A DNA stretch of 64,000 nucleotides from Paracoccaceae bacterium (lineage in GTDB: Bacteria; Pseudomonadota; Alphaproteobacteria; Rhodobacterales; Rhodobacteraceae): assembly GCA_965219015.1 (NCBI GenBank), contig CBDCNH010000013.1:727474-791473 (forward strand). Direction: 5' to 3'. The translations under genes were made by a program, and so were the position numbers. Below, one piece after another: positions 20,541-30,621 of the stretch. A model generated the notes under the pieces. The model made no database searches and had not been told where the DNA came from. It was given only the letters and a program-made list of their open reading frames with translations. Numbering within the stretch: the first letter of the stretch is position 1; every line of letters starts with the position of its first letter.

Positions 20541-21455
20541 TAGGACTCACAACCGATAGATGACGGTCGCGGCGAGGGCGCAGGCCGAGAGAAACAGGAT
20601 CGGGCACCGGTCTTAGCGGGTTGCGATGCGGCGCCGGTCCTTGAGGCGCGCGATCACGGTCTCGATCTTGTGGCGTTTGCGGTCGAGATCCGCGTCGTGC
20701 GGTATCCGGAGCTTTCGGTCACGCCGGGACGGGATGCACGGAGAAATCTCCATCTCTATCAAAGTGTTGCGAAGCCAGTCGGCATCATTACCCTGGTCTC
20801 CGAGCGGGGCCACTGCCGGCGGGAACGACGAAACGAGCGCCCGCGCGCCGAGGTCGTCCGAGGTCTGGCCCGCCGACAGGAACATCCGGATCGAGCGACC
20901 CATTGCATCCGTCAGGACGTGCAGCTTCGAGTTCAGCCCACCCTTCGTCCGCCCGATCAGGCGTCCGCGCCCCCTTTCTGAAGCCCAAGGCTCGACGCCG
21001 TCCTCCGGGCCTTGGCGCGCCCTCGCCAGTGGTTCTCGGACCAATGGCGGACCACCGGCTCGACGTCGATCGTCACGATCTCGGTCTGCAGCGTCTGTGC
21101 GGCAAGTTCGGTCATGATCATGGCGAACACACCCGTCCGGCTCCATTGCTTCCAGCGATTGTAGCGCGTCTTCGGCGGGCCAAAGTCCTGCGGGCGCGTT
21201 AGGGCTGGCCCTCGAACCGGTGGCAGGGTCAGCCCTCTCCACATCAACCCCATTGCGCTGAGCGAAGATTATCCCGCTCAGCACACGCCTGTCATCCACC
21301 CTCGGCTTGCCACGGAACTTCGGAAAGTACGGTCGCAGTCGGTCAACCTGCGCCTCGGACAACCAGACAGGATCGCTCATCATGCCTCCCCGCTTCGGGC
21401 GTTTGACTGACGCAGGCCGCTGTCCTTCAAGCAGATTTACGGGCCCTGACTCTAA
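20541..21455 (-). mobile_element. Decayed IS5-family (IS427-group-like) insertion sequence
   Basis: Contains the transposase pseudogene below. Imperfect terminal inverted repeats: GGACTCACAACCGATAG at about 20543, against the reverse complement GAGTCAGGGCCCGTAAA at about 21452. TA lies on both flanks. Boundaries are accurate to about 5 bp. Confidence 0.6.
20547..21383 (-). pseudogene. IS5-family transposase, inactivated
   Basis: The N-terminus MMSDPVWLSEAQVDRLRPYFPKFRGKPRVDDRRVLSGIIFAQRNG is in one frame. GLMWRG...GPPKTRYNRWKQWSRTGVF...TASSLGLQKGG is in a second frame, with the shift at a G4 run (21248-21251). The reading returns to the first frame at the A-AAG-GGG-G slippery motif (20970-20977), giving RGRLIGRTKGGLNSKLHV...DADW...RHKIETVIARLKDRRRIATR. 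TAA at 20613-20615 replaces the Tyr of the conserved ATRYDRCP tail, and the tail DRCPILFLSACALAATVIYRL is still readable after it. Confidence 0.8.
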
Positions 21456-21889
21456 ATCGGTCGCGGCATCGTTCGACCCCGCTTGGCGGAGCGTCTCCAA
21501 GGTGCGCGAGCCTGTGGCCCGCTGCATCGGAGCGGTCCATGCACGGCAGACGCGTCGGTGCCGCGCGGGATCGAGACCTGCCCTGCGAGGGGTAAATGCT
21601 CGAGCTGGCGCCGGTATTTGCAAGGCGTTCCCGAGGCGACCGCGCAGGGAGGCCGTCGCCCGGAGCGCGGTGCCGTCGGCGCTTCTGCCCTGTGCGGCAG
21701 AGTCCCGAGGGCCGGACCCGTCCGGTGGCCAGGTTGGCTGGCGGACGATGCGCGTCGCATGCGGCATGGTCCGCGCACATGAGTGGGGCAGGATCGCCAC
21801 TCGCGTGGTGCGGGCTGCGATGGACCTTGTGCAGCCCCCGAAGGACCAGTCGCGTGGGGCGAGGCGGGGGCCTTCGCGGCGTGCCCTGG

Positions 21890-23227
21890 TCATTCCACCG
21901 GGATTGCGAGCTCCGGAGTGCCGCGAGCGGGGCTGCCGTGGGACACCGTCTCCGCAGGTTGGCGATTGCCGCCGAACTCGAAGAGGACGCCGGAGACGTC
22001 GTCGCGCCAGTCCTGGCCGCCCGCGTACCGCTCGAGATCCCAGGTCAGCGCTTCGAGAAAGGCGGGTCCGCGCACGTTCGCGTTGCGTTGAAAGATGTCC
22101 ACGACCCCCGTTTCGCCGAGCTCGGTGCCATCGGGCGCTGGGCATTCCGTGATGCCGTCCGACATCAGCAGGAGCCTCTCGCCGGGCGCGAGGACGGTCT
22201 CGAAGGTCGAGAAGGTCGCGTCGGGCAGCAGTCCGATCGGCAGCCCGCCGTCGCCGAGGAACTCGATGCCGCCATCGAGGCGCTGCACGGCGGGGTGGGG
22301 ATGGCCGGCCTGCACCATGCGGACCGCCCCGCTGGCGAGGTCGACATCCGCGTAGAGGAGCGTGAAATAGTGCTCCGTCTTCAGATCGACGAGCAGGAGC
22401 CGGTTCAGCGCATCGGCGATGGCGTCGGGCCGGCGCGGCTGCAGGCCGCCGAAGCCGTCGATGGTGAAGGCGATGTTCTGGTCGGCCGAGGTGCCGGAGA
22501 AGAGCCCGGACAGGCGGGCCGTCATCAGCGCCGAGGTGACGCCGTGTCCCGAGACGTCGATGGCGAAGAGGCCGATGCGACGCGGCGCAATTGGGAAGAA
22601 GCCCACGAGGTCGCCGCCGACATGCCCCGCGGGACGCAGGAGCAGCGACACGTCCGAGTTGCCGAACGCCCGGTGCCGCTCGCGCACGAGGCTCTGTTGC
22701 AGCTTGCGCGCCTCGATGAGGTCGCGGTCGAGCGAATCGTACATGCGGCTCAGTTCGGCGTGGGCCGAGGTCGTCAGCCGGATCTGGTCGCGAAGCTCGC
22801 GCTCCATGCGGATGATCCGCTCGCCCGCCATCAACCGCGCACGCAGCTCGTTGGCGACGAACGGCTTGGTCAGGAACTCGTCGGCCCCCGCGTCGAGCCC
22901 CTCGGCGACCTCGTCGGTCTCGCATTTCGACGTCAGCAGGATGAAGTAGCCGTAGGTGTCGCGGGCGAGCGCGCGGAACCGCCGGCAGAATTCCGGCCCG
23001 GTCATGCCGGGCATCACCCAGTCGCTGACCACCATGTCGACCGAATGGACCTCTGCGAGCCGGAGCGCGTCGGCGCCCGAGGAGGCTTCGACGGTCCGGT
23101 AGCCCCAGGCCGACAGCGATCCCGAGAGCATCCGGCGGTACATCCGGCTGTCGTCGACCACGAGGACCAGAGGCGACGGCGAGGCCGCGTCTGCCACGGC
23201 GCTGGCGATGGTCGTCTGGGCCTGCAT
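21890..23227 (-). CDS. Response regulator receiver fused to PP2C/SpoIIE phosphatase (RsbU-like)
   Basis: Start at MQAQTTIASA (ATG 23225-23227, GGAGGA upstream). Receiver motifs VLVVDDS, DMVVSDWVMPGMTG and LTSK. PP2C motifs GGDLVGFF, AIDVSGHGV and LLMSDGITE. Confidence 0.85.
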   Translation of the reverse strand: MQAQTTIASAVADAASPSPLVLVVDDSRMYRRMLSGSLSAWGYRTVEASSGADALRLAEVHSVDMVVSDWVMPGMTGPEFCRRFRALARDTYGYFILLTSKCETDEVAEGLDAGADEFLTKPFVANELRARLMAGERIIRMERELRDQIRLTTSAHAELSRMYDSLDRDLIEARKLQQSLVRERHRAFGNSDVSLLLRPAGHVGGDLVGFFPIAPRRIGLFAIDVSGHGVTSALMTARLSGLFSGTSADQNIAFTIDGFGGLQPRRPDAIADALNRLLLVDLKTEHYFTLLYADVDLASGAVRMVQAGHPHPAVQRLDGGIEFLGDGGLPIGLLPDATFSTFETVLAPGERLLLMSDGITECPAPDGTELGETGVVDIFQRNANVRGPAFLEALTWDLERYAGGQDWRDDVSGVLFEFGGNRQPAETVSHGSPARGTPELAIPVE

Positions 23228-23421
23228 CGGGATCCTCCGGGGTCGGTGCGTCAGGCCGGCGCGCTTCGGGGGCGCTCGGAAAACCTTCATGCCACCAGCG
23301 CCTTAACGGTGCGTGAAAAGTAAAATTGCGCGTTCATCAAGTTTGGCGGATGAGCGGATGTTAAAGCTCGAAGCGTATCACGCCTTGCATCCGGGAAGCG
23401 CCCGGAGTGCCGGAGGCGGAC

Positions 23422-23739
23422 ATGCAGATCGATTGGAAACGGGTGGACGAGCTGCGCTCCGAAGTGGGCGCGGATGCCTTCGCGGAAGTCGTCGAGCTCT
23501 TCCTGGAAGAGGTGGAGGAGGTCATCGCGCGGCTGCGGTCGGCGCCCGGTGCGGAACGGCTCGGGGACGACCTGCACTTTCTCAAGGGGAGCGCGCTCAA
23601 TCTCGGGTTCGTCGACGTCGCCGCGCTCTGCCAGGAGGGCGAGCGGCGCGCCGCAGCGGGCGACGCGGCCGCGGTCGACGTCGCCGCGGTGATCGAGAGC
23701 TACGAGACCTCGCGATCGGCGTTTCTCGCCGGCCTCTGA
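23422..23739 (+). CDS. Hpt (histidine phosphotransfer) domain protein
   Basis: A GGAGG lies 5 nt before ATG 23422. Hpt signature DLHFLKGSALNLG, about 105 aa, helical. The track start at 23407 (GTG) is less likely. Confidence 0.75.
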   Translation: MQIDWKRVDELRSEVGADAFAEVVELFLEEVEEVIARLRSAPGAERLGDDLHFLKGSALNLGFVDVAALCQEGERRAAAGDAAAVDVAAVIESYETSRSAFLAGL

Positions 23740-23918
23740 TCCGGCTTTCGCGGTGGCATGCCGCGTTCATCGCCCGTCGGAGCAGGCCACGTGCCGAGTC
23801 AGACGGGCGGCATCGACCGAAGGCCGCAGGCCGGTGCGGCGTTCAGAGCAACAGTGGCAGATCGAAAGCATCCCCGGCGTGTCGGATCGGGTGGCCTCAC
23901 GTGCAACTGCCCGTGGCC

Positions 23919-24983
23919 TCAGCCGCCGGCATCGGGACCGTAGCCGGTCATTTCGAGGTAGCCGCGCCCGGCGTGACTTCCCGTGAAGGCGATCGGGCCC
24001 TCCCAGTAGGGAAACAGCGTCGGCATCCAGGCCTTGGGGTTCAGGGGGGTAGTCTCGATGTCGAGCCCGTGCGATGGCAGCTCGATCCGCCAGCGCACCG
24101 GCAGCGTCCGGCCCGCCACGCGCGCGGTGCCGAGCGGCGTGACGCGCAGCAGGCCTGGGGCCTGTGGGTCCGGCGTCCCGTCGGGGTCGATCCACGTCGC
24201 CGAGGTGAAACCGCCGCCGCTGTCGCGCAGGCGAAACCCCATCACCTTGGCGCCGCTGTCGAGGTGCAGCGAGAACCAGTCCCAGCCGGTCTGGTCGGAC
24301 GCCAGGGGCTGCGAAGACCATTCGCGATCGAGCCATGCCTCTCCGGTGACGGCGACATCCCCCCCGGGAAGGCGGAGCGTGCCCTTCGCGCGGTAAAACG
24401 GCTGCGAGTAGTAGGCGCTTGCCTGACCCGCGGCTGACTTCACGGAATAGCCGCCGTCGCCCTGCGGCACGATCGGACCAGTGGCGTCGAGCGTCAGGGT
24501 ATAGCCGAAATCGGCGCCCGTCGCCGCGAGGTCGAGCGCGGTCATGCCCGCGGTTCCCTTCCGTGCCGCCATGCGCCAGTCGTCGATCCAGGCGGCGAAA
24601 GGCGCCGCGGTGACGCCGGCCTGCCCGATGCCGCCGCGCCCGAGCCGCTCGGCGACATGCTGCGCGTCCTTGGTCGTGACGGCGGCATGGCCCATCCAGA
24701 GCTGCGGGTCGGACCAGCCCTCCCGCGTGACCGGCGCCAGGGCGGAGCGGAAGAGCGTCCACTGCAGCCCGTATTGTGCGCCGTCGGGGCCGGTGAGGTC
24801 GGCGGTGAGGTACCACCACTCGATGCGCGTCGCGGGATGCGCGCCGTAGTCGGCGGGAAAGTCGAAGCCTCGTCCGGCCTCGGGTTGCGCGAAGCCGTCG
24901 GCGCTGGCCCCGAGGCCGGCGAAGCCTTGTGCCGTGGCCGGGCCAGCCAGCGCGAGAAGCAGGGTTGCAAGGAGAGCACGCAT
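23919..24983 (-). CDS. Secreted AttH/CrtC-like (lipocalin-like, hydroxyneurosporene-synthase family) protein
   Basis: Signal peptide MRALLATLLLALAGPATAQG. Motifs seen: EWWYLTADL, QWTLFR and AWLDREWSSQPL. It is the last gene of the ABC operon. Confidence 0.75.
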   Translation of the reverse strand: MRALLATLLLALAGPATAQGFAGLGASADGFAQPEAGRGFDFPADYGAHPATRIEWWYLTADLTGPDGAQYGLQWTLFRSALAPVTREGWSDPQLWMGHAAVTTKDAQHVAERLGRGGIGQAGVTAAPFAAWIDDWRMAARKGTAGMTALDLAATGADFGYTLTLDATGPIVPQGDGGYSVKSAAGQASAYYSQPFYRAKGTLRLPGGDVAVTGEAWLDREWSSQPLASDQTGWDWFSLHLDSGAKVMGFRLRDSGGGFTSATWIDPDGTPDPQAPGLLRVTPLGTARVAGRTLPVRWRIELPSHGLDIETTPLNPKAWMPTLFPYWEGPIAFTGSHAGRGYLEMTGYGPDAGG

Positions 24984-24992
24984 GGAAACCTC

Positions 24993-27400
24993 TCAGCGTT
25001 CGTTGGCGAAGACGCCGAGCAGCGTCACGGGCGGGATGCGGGCGAGTTTCCGCGCGGGTCCGGCGGCGGCGATGAGCGCGGCCACGAGCGCAAGCGCGCC
25101 GAGGCGCAGCCATTCGAGCGGAAAGAGGTGCATCGGCAACCGCCAGCCGAACGCCTCGACGTTGACGACCGCGAGAAGCACCCAAGCGAGCCCGATCCCG
25201 ACCGGGATCGCGGCGATCATGGTGAGGACCGCGAGGAGCACGGTCCGGGCGAGCTCGATCCACGCCAGCCGCCGCCGGGTGAGCCCGATCGCCCAGACGG
25301 GCGCCAGCTGCGGCAGCCGCATCCCCGCGAGCGTCACGAGGCTCGCGACCATCGCCAGCGTCGCCACGCCGAGCGTGAGCACGTTGAGCGCTCCGGTCAC
25401 GGCGAAGGTCCGCTCGAAGATGCCGAGCGAGAACGCCTTGATCGAAGCCTGGTCGACGATGTTCTCGCCCGGCAGGCCGAATTCGGTCTCGATGGCTCCG
25501 GCGAGCGCCGCGGCCTTGGCCGGCGCGATGCGGATGCCGTAGCGCAGGCGCGGCACGTCGGGGTAGTGCGCGACGAGCGCGTCGGTGCCGACGAGCACCT
25601 GTGCGAGCGGATTGCCGTAGTCGGAATAGACCCCGACGATCTCGGCGGACCAGCCGCCCGGAAGCGGCAGCGTTTCCCCGATCGCCAGGTTCGCGCGGCG
25701 CCAGAGCTGCTCGTTCACGAGCACGCCCGTGCCGGCCGCGACGCGGTCCCACACGCCGGGCTCCTGCGACAGGAGCGGCCAGTGATCGCGGTACGTCGGA
25801 TGGTCGGCGACGCCGTAGATCTGCGCCGGCCGGTCGGCGACGGTCCCTTCGGTGCTCCAGATCGGCAGCACGGCGTCGGCGCGGGGCTGCAGCCATGTCG
25901 CCAGCCGGCGCGCCTCGTCCTCCGAGCGCGCGGTGACGTAAAGCTCGGAGGCGAGCCGCTGGTCGAGCCAGCCGGTGAAGGTCAGCCGGAAGCTCGCGAC
26001 CATCGTGCCGACGCCGACATTTGCGGCGAGCGCCAGCATCAGCGCCATGAGCGCCAGCGACAGCCCCGGAAGTTGCTGCCGCGTGTCGGCCCAGAACCAC
26101 TCGGCGAGCGCGCTGCGCGCGAATCGCGCAGCGAGCGACAGGACGCCGGAGAGGAGCGCCGGCAGCACGAGGGCGGCACCGAGGAGAAGCGCGGCGAGGA
26201 CGAGAAAGCCTACGACAAGGCCCGAGCCCCAGATCGCGAGGCCTCCCGCGCCGAGAAGGAGGATGGCCGCTCCTCCGGCTTGCCAGAGCATCCCGCGCGC
26301 CGAGGCCCGCGCCCAGGCGCGCGGCTGCGCGGGCGCGAGGAGCGGCAGACGCCAGACGCGCCACAGACCCTGCGCCGCCGAGATCATCGTGCCGAGGACC
26401 GCGATCCCGAGCCCCGCCGCCCACCAGCCGGGCTCGATCGAGAGCTGCCCCGACACTTCGGCGCCGTAGAGCCCGCGCAGGGTGGCGGCGACGTCGGGCA
26501 GCAGGACCGCCGCTACGGCGTAGCCGAGGAGCACGCCGATGACGCCCGCGATCAGCGCGAGGAGCAGGAGCTCGACGAGAAGAAGGCCGACGAGGCCCCG
26601 CGCGGGCAGCCCGAGCGCACGCAGCGTGCGAAACACCGGGCGGCGCTGCTCGAAGGCGAGACCGACGGCGGCATAGACGATGAAGAGGCCGACGGCGAAG
26701 GCGAGGAACCCGAACGCGGTCAGATTGAGATGGAAGCTGTCGGTCAGGCGCTGCAGGTCGCTTTCGCCGCCGGGCTGCTTCAGCCGCAGGCCCGGCGCGA
26801 GCTCGGCGAGCGGGGCAAGGCCCTCGGGTTGCGCCGTCGCGACGAGGAGCCGCGAGATCTCGCCAGGCGTGCCGAGAAGCCTCTGCGCCTCGCCGATGTC
26901 CATCAGGAGCGTCCCCGGCGGCAGGCTCTCGGCCGTTTCGACCGGCGCCTTGAACGCGCCCCGCAGCGCCTCTGCGGTGTCCGGCCCCGCGTAGTAGATG
27001 CCGGGCCCGGAGATGAACGCTCCAAGGTCGCCCGCGCCCGAGAGGTTGACCTCGCGCGCCTCGGCCGGGAGCGTCAGCGGGTCGATCCCGAGCACGCGGT
27101 AGCTCCGGTCGCCGCGCCGGACGCGGCCCTCGACGACCGGCGAGACGAGCCAGCCGGCCCGCCGGAGTGCTACGTAGGCAGCGTCGTCGAGCGCGCTCGC
27201 GCCGGTCGGGAGAAGCTGCGCCAGCCGGTCCTGCCCCAGCGTCGCCGCCGCCTCGGCGTAGCTCGCGCGCGCCTCGGCATTGATCGCCTGGACCCCGGAC
27301 CAGAGCGCGGTCGCCACCGAAAGCCCGAGGAGCAGCATCGCGAGCTGCAGCGGCCGCCGCCACCAGTGCGACAGGAGTGCGACGAGCCCCGCGCGCCGCA

Positions 27401-27404
<4 letters not shown>
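24993..27404 (-). CDS. ABC transporter permease with duplicated FtsX domains (AttF/AttG-like fusion)
   Basis: 803 aa with two large periplasmic loops and multiple TM helices in the FtsX/MacB arrangement. ATGA overlap with the upstream ATPase gene. Confidence 0.85.
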
Positions 27405-28102
<698 letters not shown>

Positions 28103-28117
28103 TGGAACTGCGGCGGC

Positions 28118-29569
28118 TCACCGCGCGAGTCGGGCGGCGATCGGCCTGAGGCCGTCGTAGAGCGGGCGGTAGAGGGCGTAGCGCCGTTCCGCGACGGCTG
28201 CCCGCCGGGGATCGGGCTCGAAGCTCGCGTCGACGCGGGCGAAGCGGCGTGCAGCGGTCGCGAGCGAAGGCATGAGCCCCATGCCGACGCCGGCGAGGAT
28301 GGCGGCTCCGGTCGCGCCCGGGTCGGCATCGGGGCCATGCATCCGGTCGATGCGGCGTCCGAGCGCGTCCGCCCGGATGCGGCACCACGCATCCGAGGTG
28401 AGCCCGCCGCCACCGCCAAGGAGGCGATCCGCGCGACGTCCGCCGCTGGTCTCCAGCGCCTCGAGCGCCAGACGGGCCGAGAACGCCACGCCTTCCATCA
28501 CCGCCGCCGCGAGCTCGGCCGGCCCGGTGGCGGCGTCGAGCCCGGCGAAGCCTCCGCGCGACACCGGATCCCAGAGCGGCGCGCGCTCGCCGGCGAGATG
28601 CGGCAGGAAGAGCGGGCTCTCGGGCCGGATCGGCGCCGCCATCGCGGCGAGTTCCCCCGCGTCGCGTCCGAGGAGCCGCCCGAGCCACGCGAGAGAGGCG
28701 CCGCCGGACTGTGTCGGAGCCGCATGGTAGGTGATGCCGGCCCAGGTCGGGAAGGTCACGACGCCGGAGCCCCGACCGCGCCGCGACGACACGAGGCCGA
28801 GGACTTCGCTGGTCCCGGCAAGGTAGACCGCGTCGCCCTCCGCCGCGGCGCCGACGCCGAAGAGCGCGGTCCAGGCGTCCATCGTGCCGGTCACGACGGG
28901 GACGCCCGCGAAAGGCCCCGCGCGCACCGGTCCCGCGATGCTCATGGGATCGGCCAGGGGCGGCAGGCGCTCTGCTGCACCGGGCACGTGGTCGAGGAGC
29001 GGCATGGCATAGGCGAGGTCCGGGCCGACGAGGCCGATGGCGCTCACGGGGTCGGCGCCGATGCGGCCCGTGAGAGCTGCGATCACGTGATCCTTCGGCG
29101 CCAGCACCGCACGCGCCGCGCCCCAGACCTCGGGCCTTTCCGCCGCCATCCAGGCCATCCGGGCGAGCGCGTGGCTCGCGTCGACGGGGATCGGCGCGCC
29201 GAGCCAGGCCAGCTTGTCGTCCGGGCTGATGCTCGCATCGAGTGCTGCCCCGGCTTTGGCGGCGCGCAGATCCTGCCACAGGATCGCAGGCGCCAGCGGC
29301 GTCCCGTCCGCGCCCGCGAAGACATGCGTGTTGACCTGACCCGTGAAGCCGATGCCGCGCACATCGGCTGCCACGGGATGCGCCGCGAACCGGGCGAGCG
29401 CCGCGTTCGTGAGCCGCGTCCAGTGCGTCGGATCCTGCTCGGCGAGGCCCGCACCCGGCCGCTCGGTCGGGTAGTCCGCGCCGAAGCGGTCCACCCGGGT
29501 GCCGTCCTCCCGCACGAGCACCGCCTTGACCGAGGTGGTGCCGATGTCGATGCCGATGAGTGCCGCCAT
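28118..29569 (-). CDS. FGGY-family carbohydrate kinase (xylulokinase-like)
   Basis: Inner part of ORF 28118..30658, starting at MAALIGIDIGTTSVKAV (ATG 29567-29569). Also FLPHLAGERAP and GGGGGLTSDAW motifs. Confidence 0.85.
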   Translation of the reverse strand: MAALIGIDIGTTSVKAVLVREDGTRVDRFGADYPTERPGAGLAEQDPTHWTRLTNAALARFAAHPVAADVRGIGFTGQVNTHVFAGADGTPLAPAILWQDLRAAKAGAALDASISPDDKLAWLGAPIPVDASHALARMAWMAAERPEVWGAARAVLAPKDHVIAALTGRIGADPVSAIGLVGPDLAYAMPLLDHVPGAAERLPPLADPMSIAGPVRAGPFAGVPVVTGTMDAWTALFGVGAAAEGDAVYLAGTSEVLGLVSSRRGRGSGVVTFPTWAGITYHAAPTQSGGASLAWLGRLLGRDAGELAAMAAPIRPESPLFLPHLAGERAPLWDPVSRGGFAGLDAATGPAELAAAVMEGVAFSARLALEALETSGGRRADRLLGGGGGLTSDAWCRIRADALGRRIDRMHGPDADPGATGAAILAGVGMGLMPSLATAARRFARVDASFEPDPRRAAVAERRYALYRPLYDGLRPIAARLAR

Positions 29570-29662
29570 GCCAGGCGGAGTGCGCGCGTGCCGCGCCCCG
29601 GTCAAGAGGCTGGACCCGGCCGTGGCGGGCTGGCACTGTCGCGCAAAACGGGGGGGACGGCG

Positions 29663-30577
29663 ATGCGGACATGGATCCTGGCGGCGGCGGTCGGGCTTGC
29701 CGCCTCGCCTGCCGCGGCGGAGCGCATCGCGCTCATCACGCCCTACCTCGCGCAGCCCGGGACGCAGTTCTACGTCGACGCCTTCAAGGCGCGCGCGGAC
29801 GAGCAGGGCTGGGATGTCAACGTGGTCGACACCGGCGGCGACGTCGCGGCCGTCATCAGCCGGATCGAGGACGCGGTGACGCAGCAGGTCGATGCCATTG
29901 TCATCAACGTCGATCCGGCGCAGGTCGGCGCCGGACTCGCGACGGCGGAGGCTGCGAAGATCCCCGTCGTCGGCATGGACGCGGGCTCCGATCCGCTGAT
30001 CCGCGCCAATGTCACCTCGAACGGCTACGCGATGGCGGCGGAGACGGCCGTCTATGTCGCCAATCGCATCGACGGCGCCGGCAACGTGGTGATGTTCACC
30101 TTCGACCCGTTCCCCCCGGTGCAAGTGCGTGGAGTGATGGCCGACGCCGTGTTCGGAAACTTCCCGGACATCACGGTGCTCGACCGCATCACCCCTGACG
30201 TCACCGACGGCGGCATCGCCGACAGCCGCGCGAAGATGGAAGCGGTGCTCGCCGCCAACCCCGAGCCGGGCAGCATCAAGGCGGTCTGGGCCGCCTGGGA
30301 CCAGCCGGCGCTCGGCGCGCTGCAGGCCATCGAGGCGGCCGGGCGTGACGGCGAGGGCATCGTCGTCACCGGCATCGACGCCAATCCGCAGGCCCGCGAC
30401 GCGATCGCCGCGGGCGGCAACTTCGAGGCCTCCGTGGCGCAGGATTTCGCCGGCATCGGCACCACGACCGCCGATACCGTGGCGCGCGTGCTCGGCGGCG
30501 AGGAGATCCGGCAGAAGGTGATCTACGTGCCGACGGTGCTCGTGACCGAGGCCAACGTCGCCGGCCACGACAACTGA
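29663..30577 (+). CDS. Sugar ABC transporter periplasmic binding protein (RbsB-type)
   Basis: Last 305 codons of ORF 27377..30577. Signal peptide MRTWILAAAVGLAASPAAA. Type I periplasmic-binding-protein pattern (VDAIVINVDPAQ..., VTGIDANPQA). Confidence 0.85.
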   Translation: MRTWILAAAVGLAASPAAAERIALITPYLAQPGTQFYVDAFKARADEQGWDVNVVDTGGDVAAVISRIEDAVTQQVDAIVINVDPAQVGAGLATAEAAKIPVVGMDAGSDPLIRANVTSNGYAMAAETAVYVANRIDGAGNVVMFTFDPFPPVQVRGVMADAVFGNFPDITVLDRITPDVTDGGIADSRAKMEAVLAANPEPGSIKAVWAAWDQPALGALQAIEAAGRDGEGIVVTGIDANPQARDAIAAGGNFEASVAQDFAGIGTTTADTVARVLGGEEIRQKVIYVPTVLVTEANVAGHDN

Positions 30578-30621
30578 CCCACGATCTGCATCTGGCGGGC
30601 CTGCACAAGGCCTATGGCGCG

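Noticed and set aside
20613-22925. A 770-aa minus-strand ORF spanning the IS, the orphan spacer and part of the PP2C gene.
   Set aside because: It is a chimeric read-through. Only the segments matching the IS5-type transposase are meaningful, and the PP2C gene is in a different frame.
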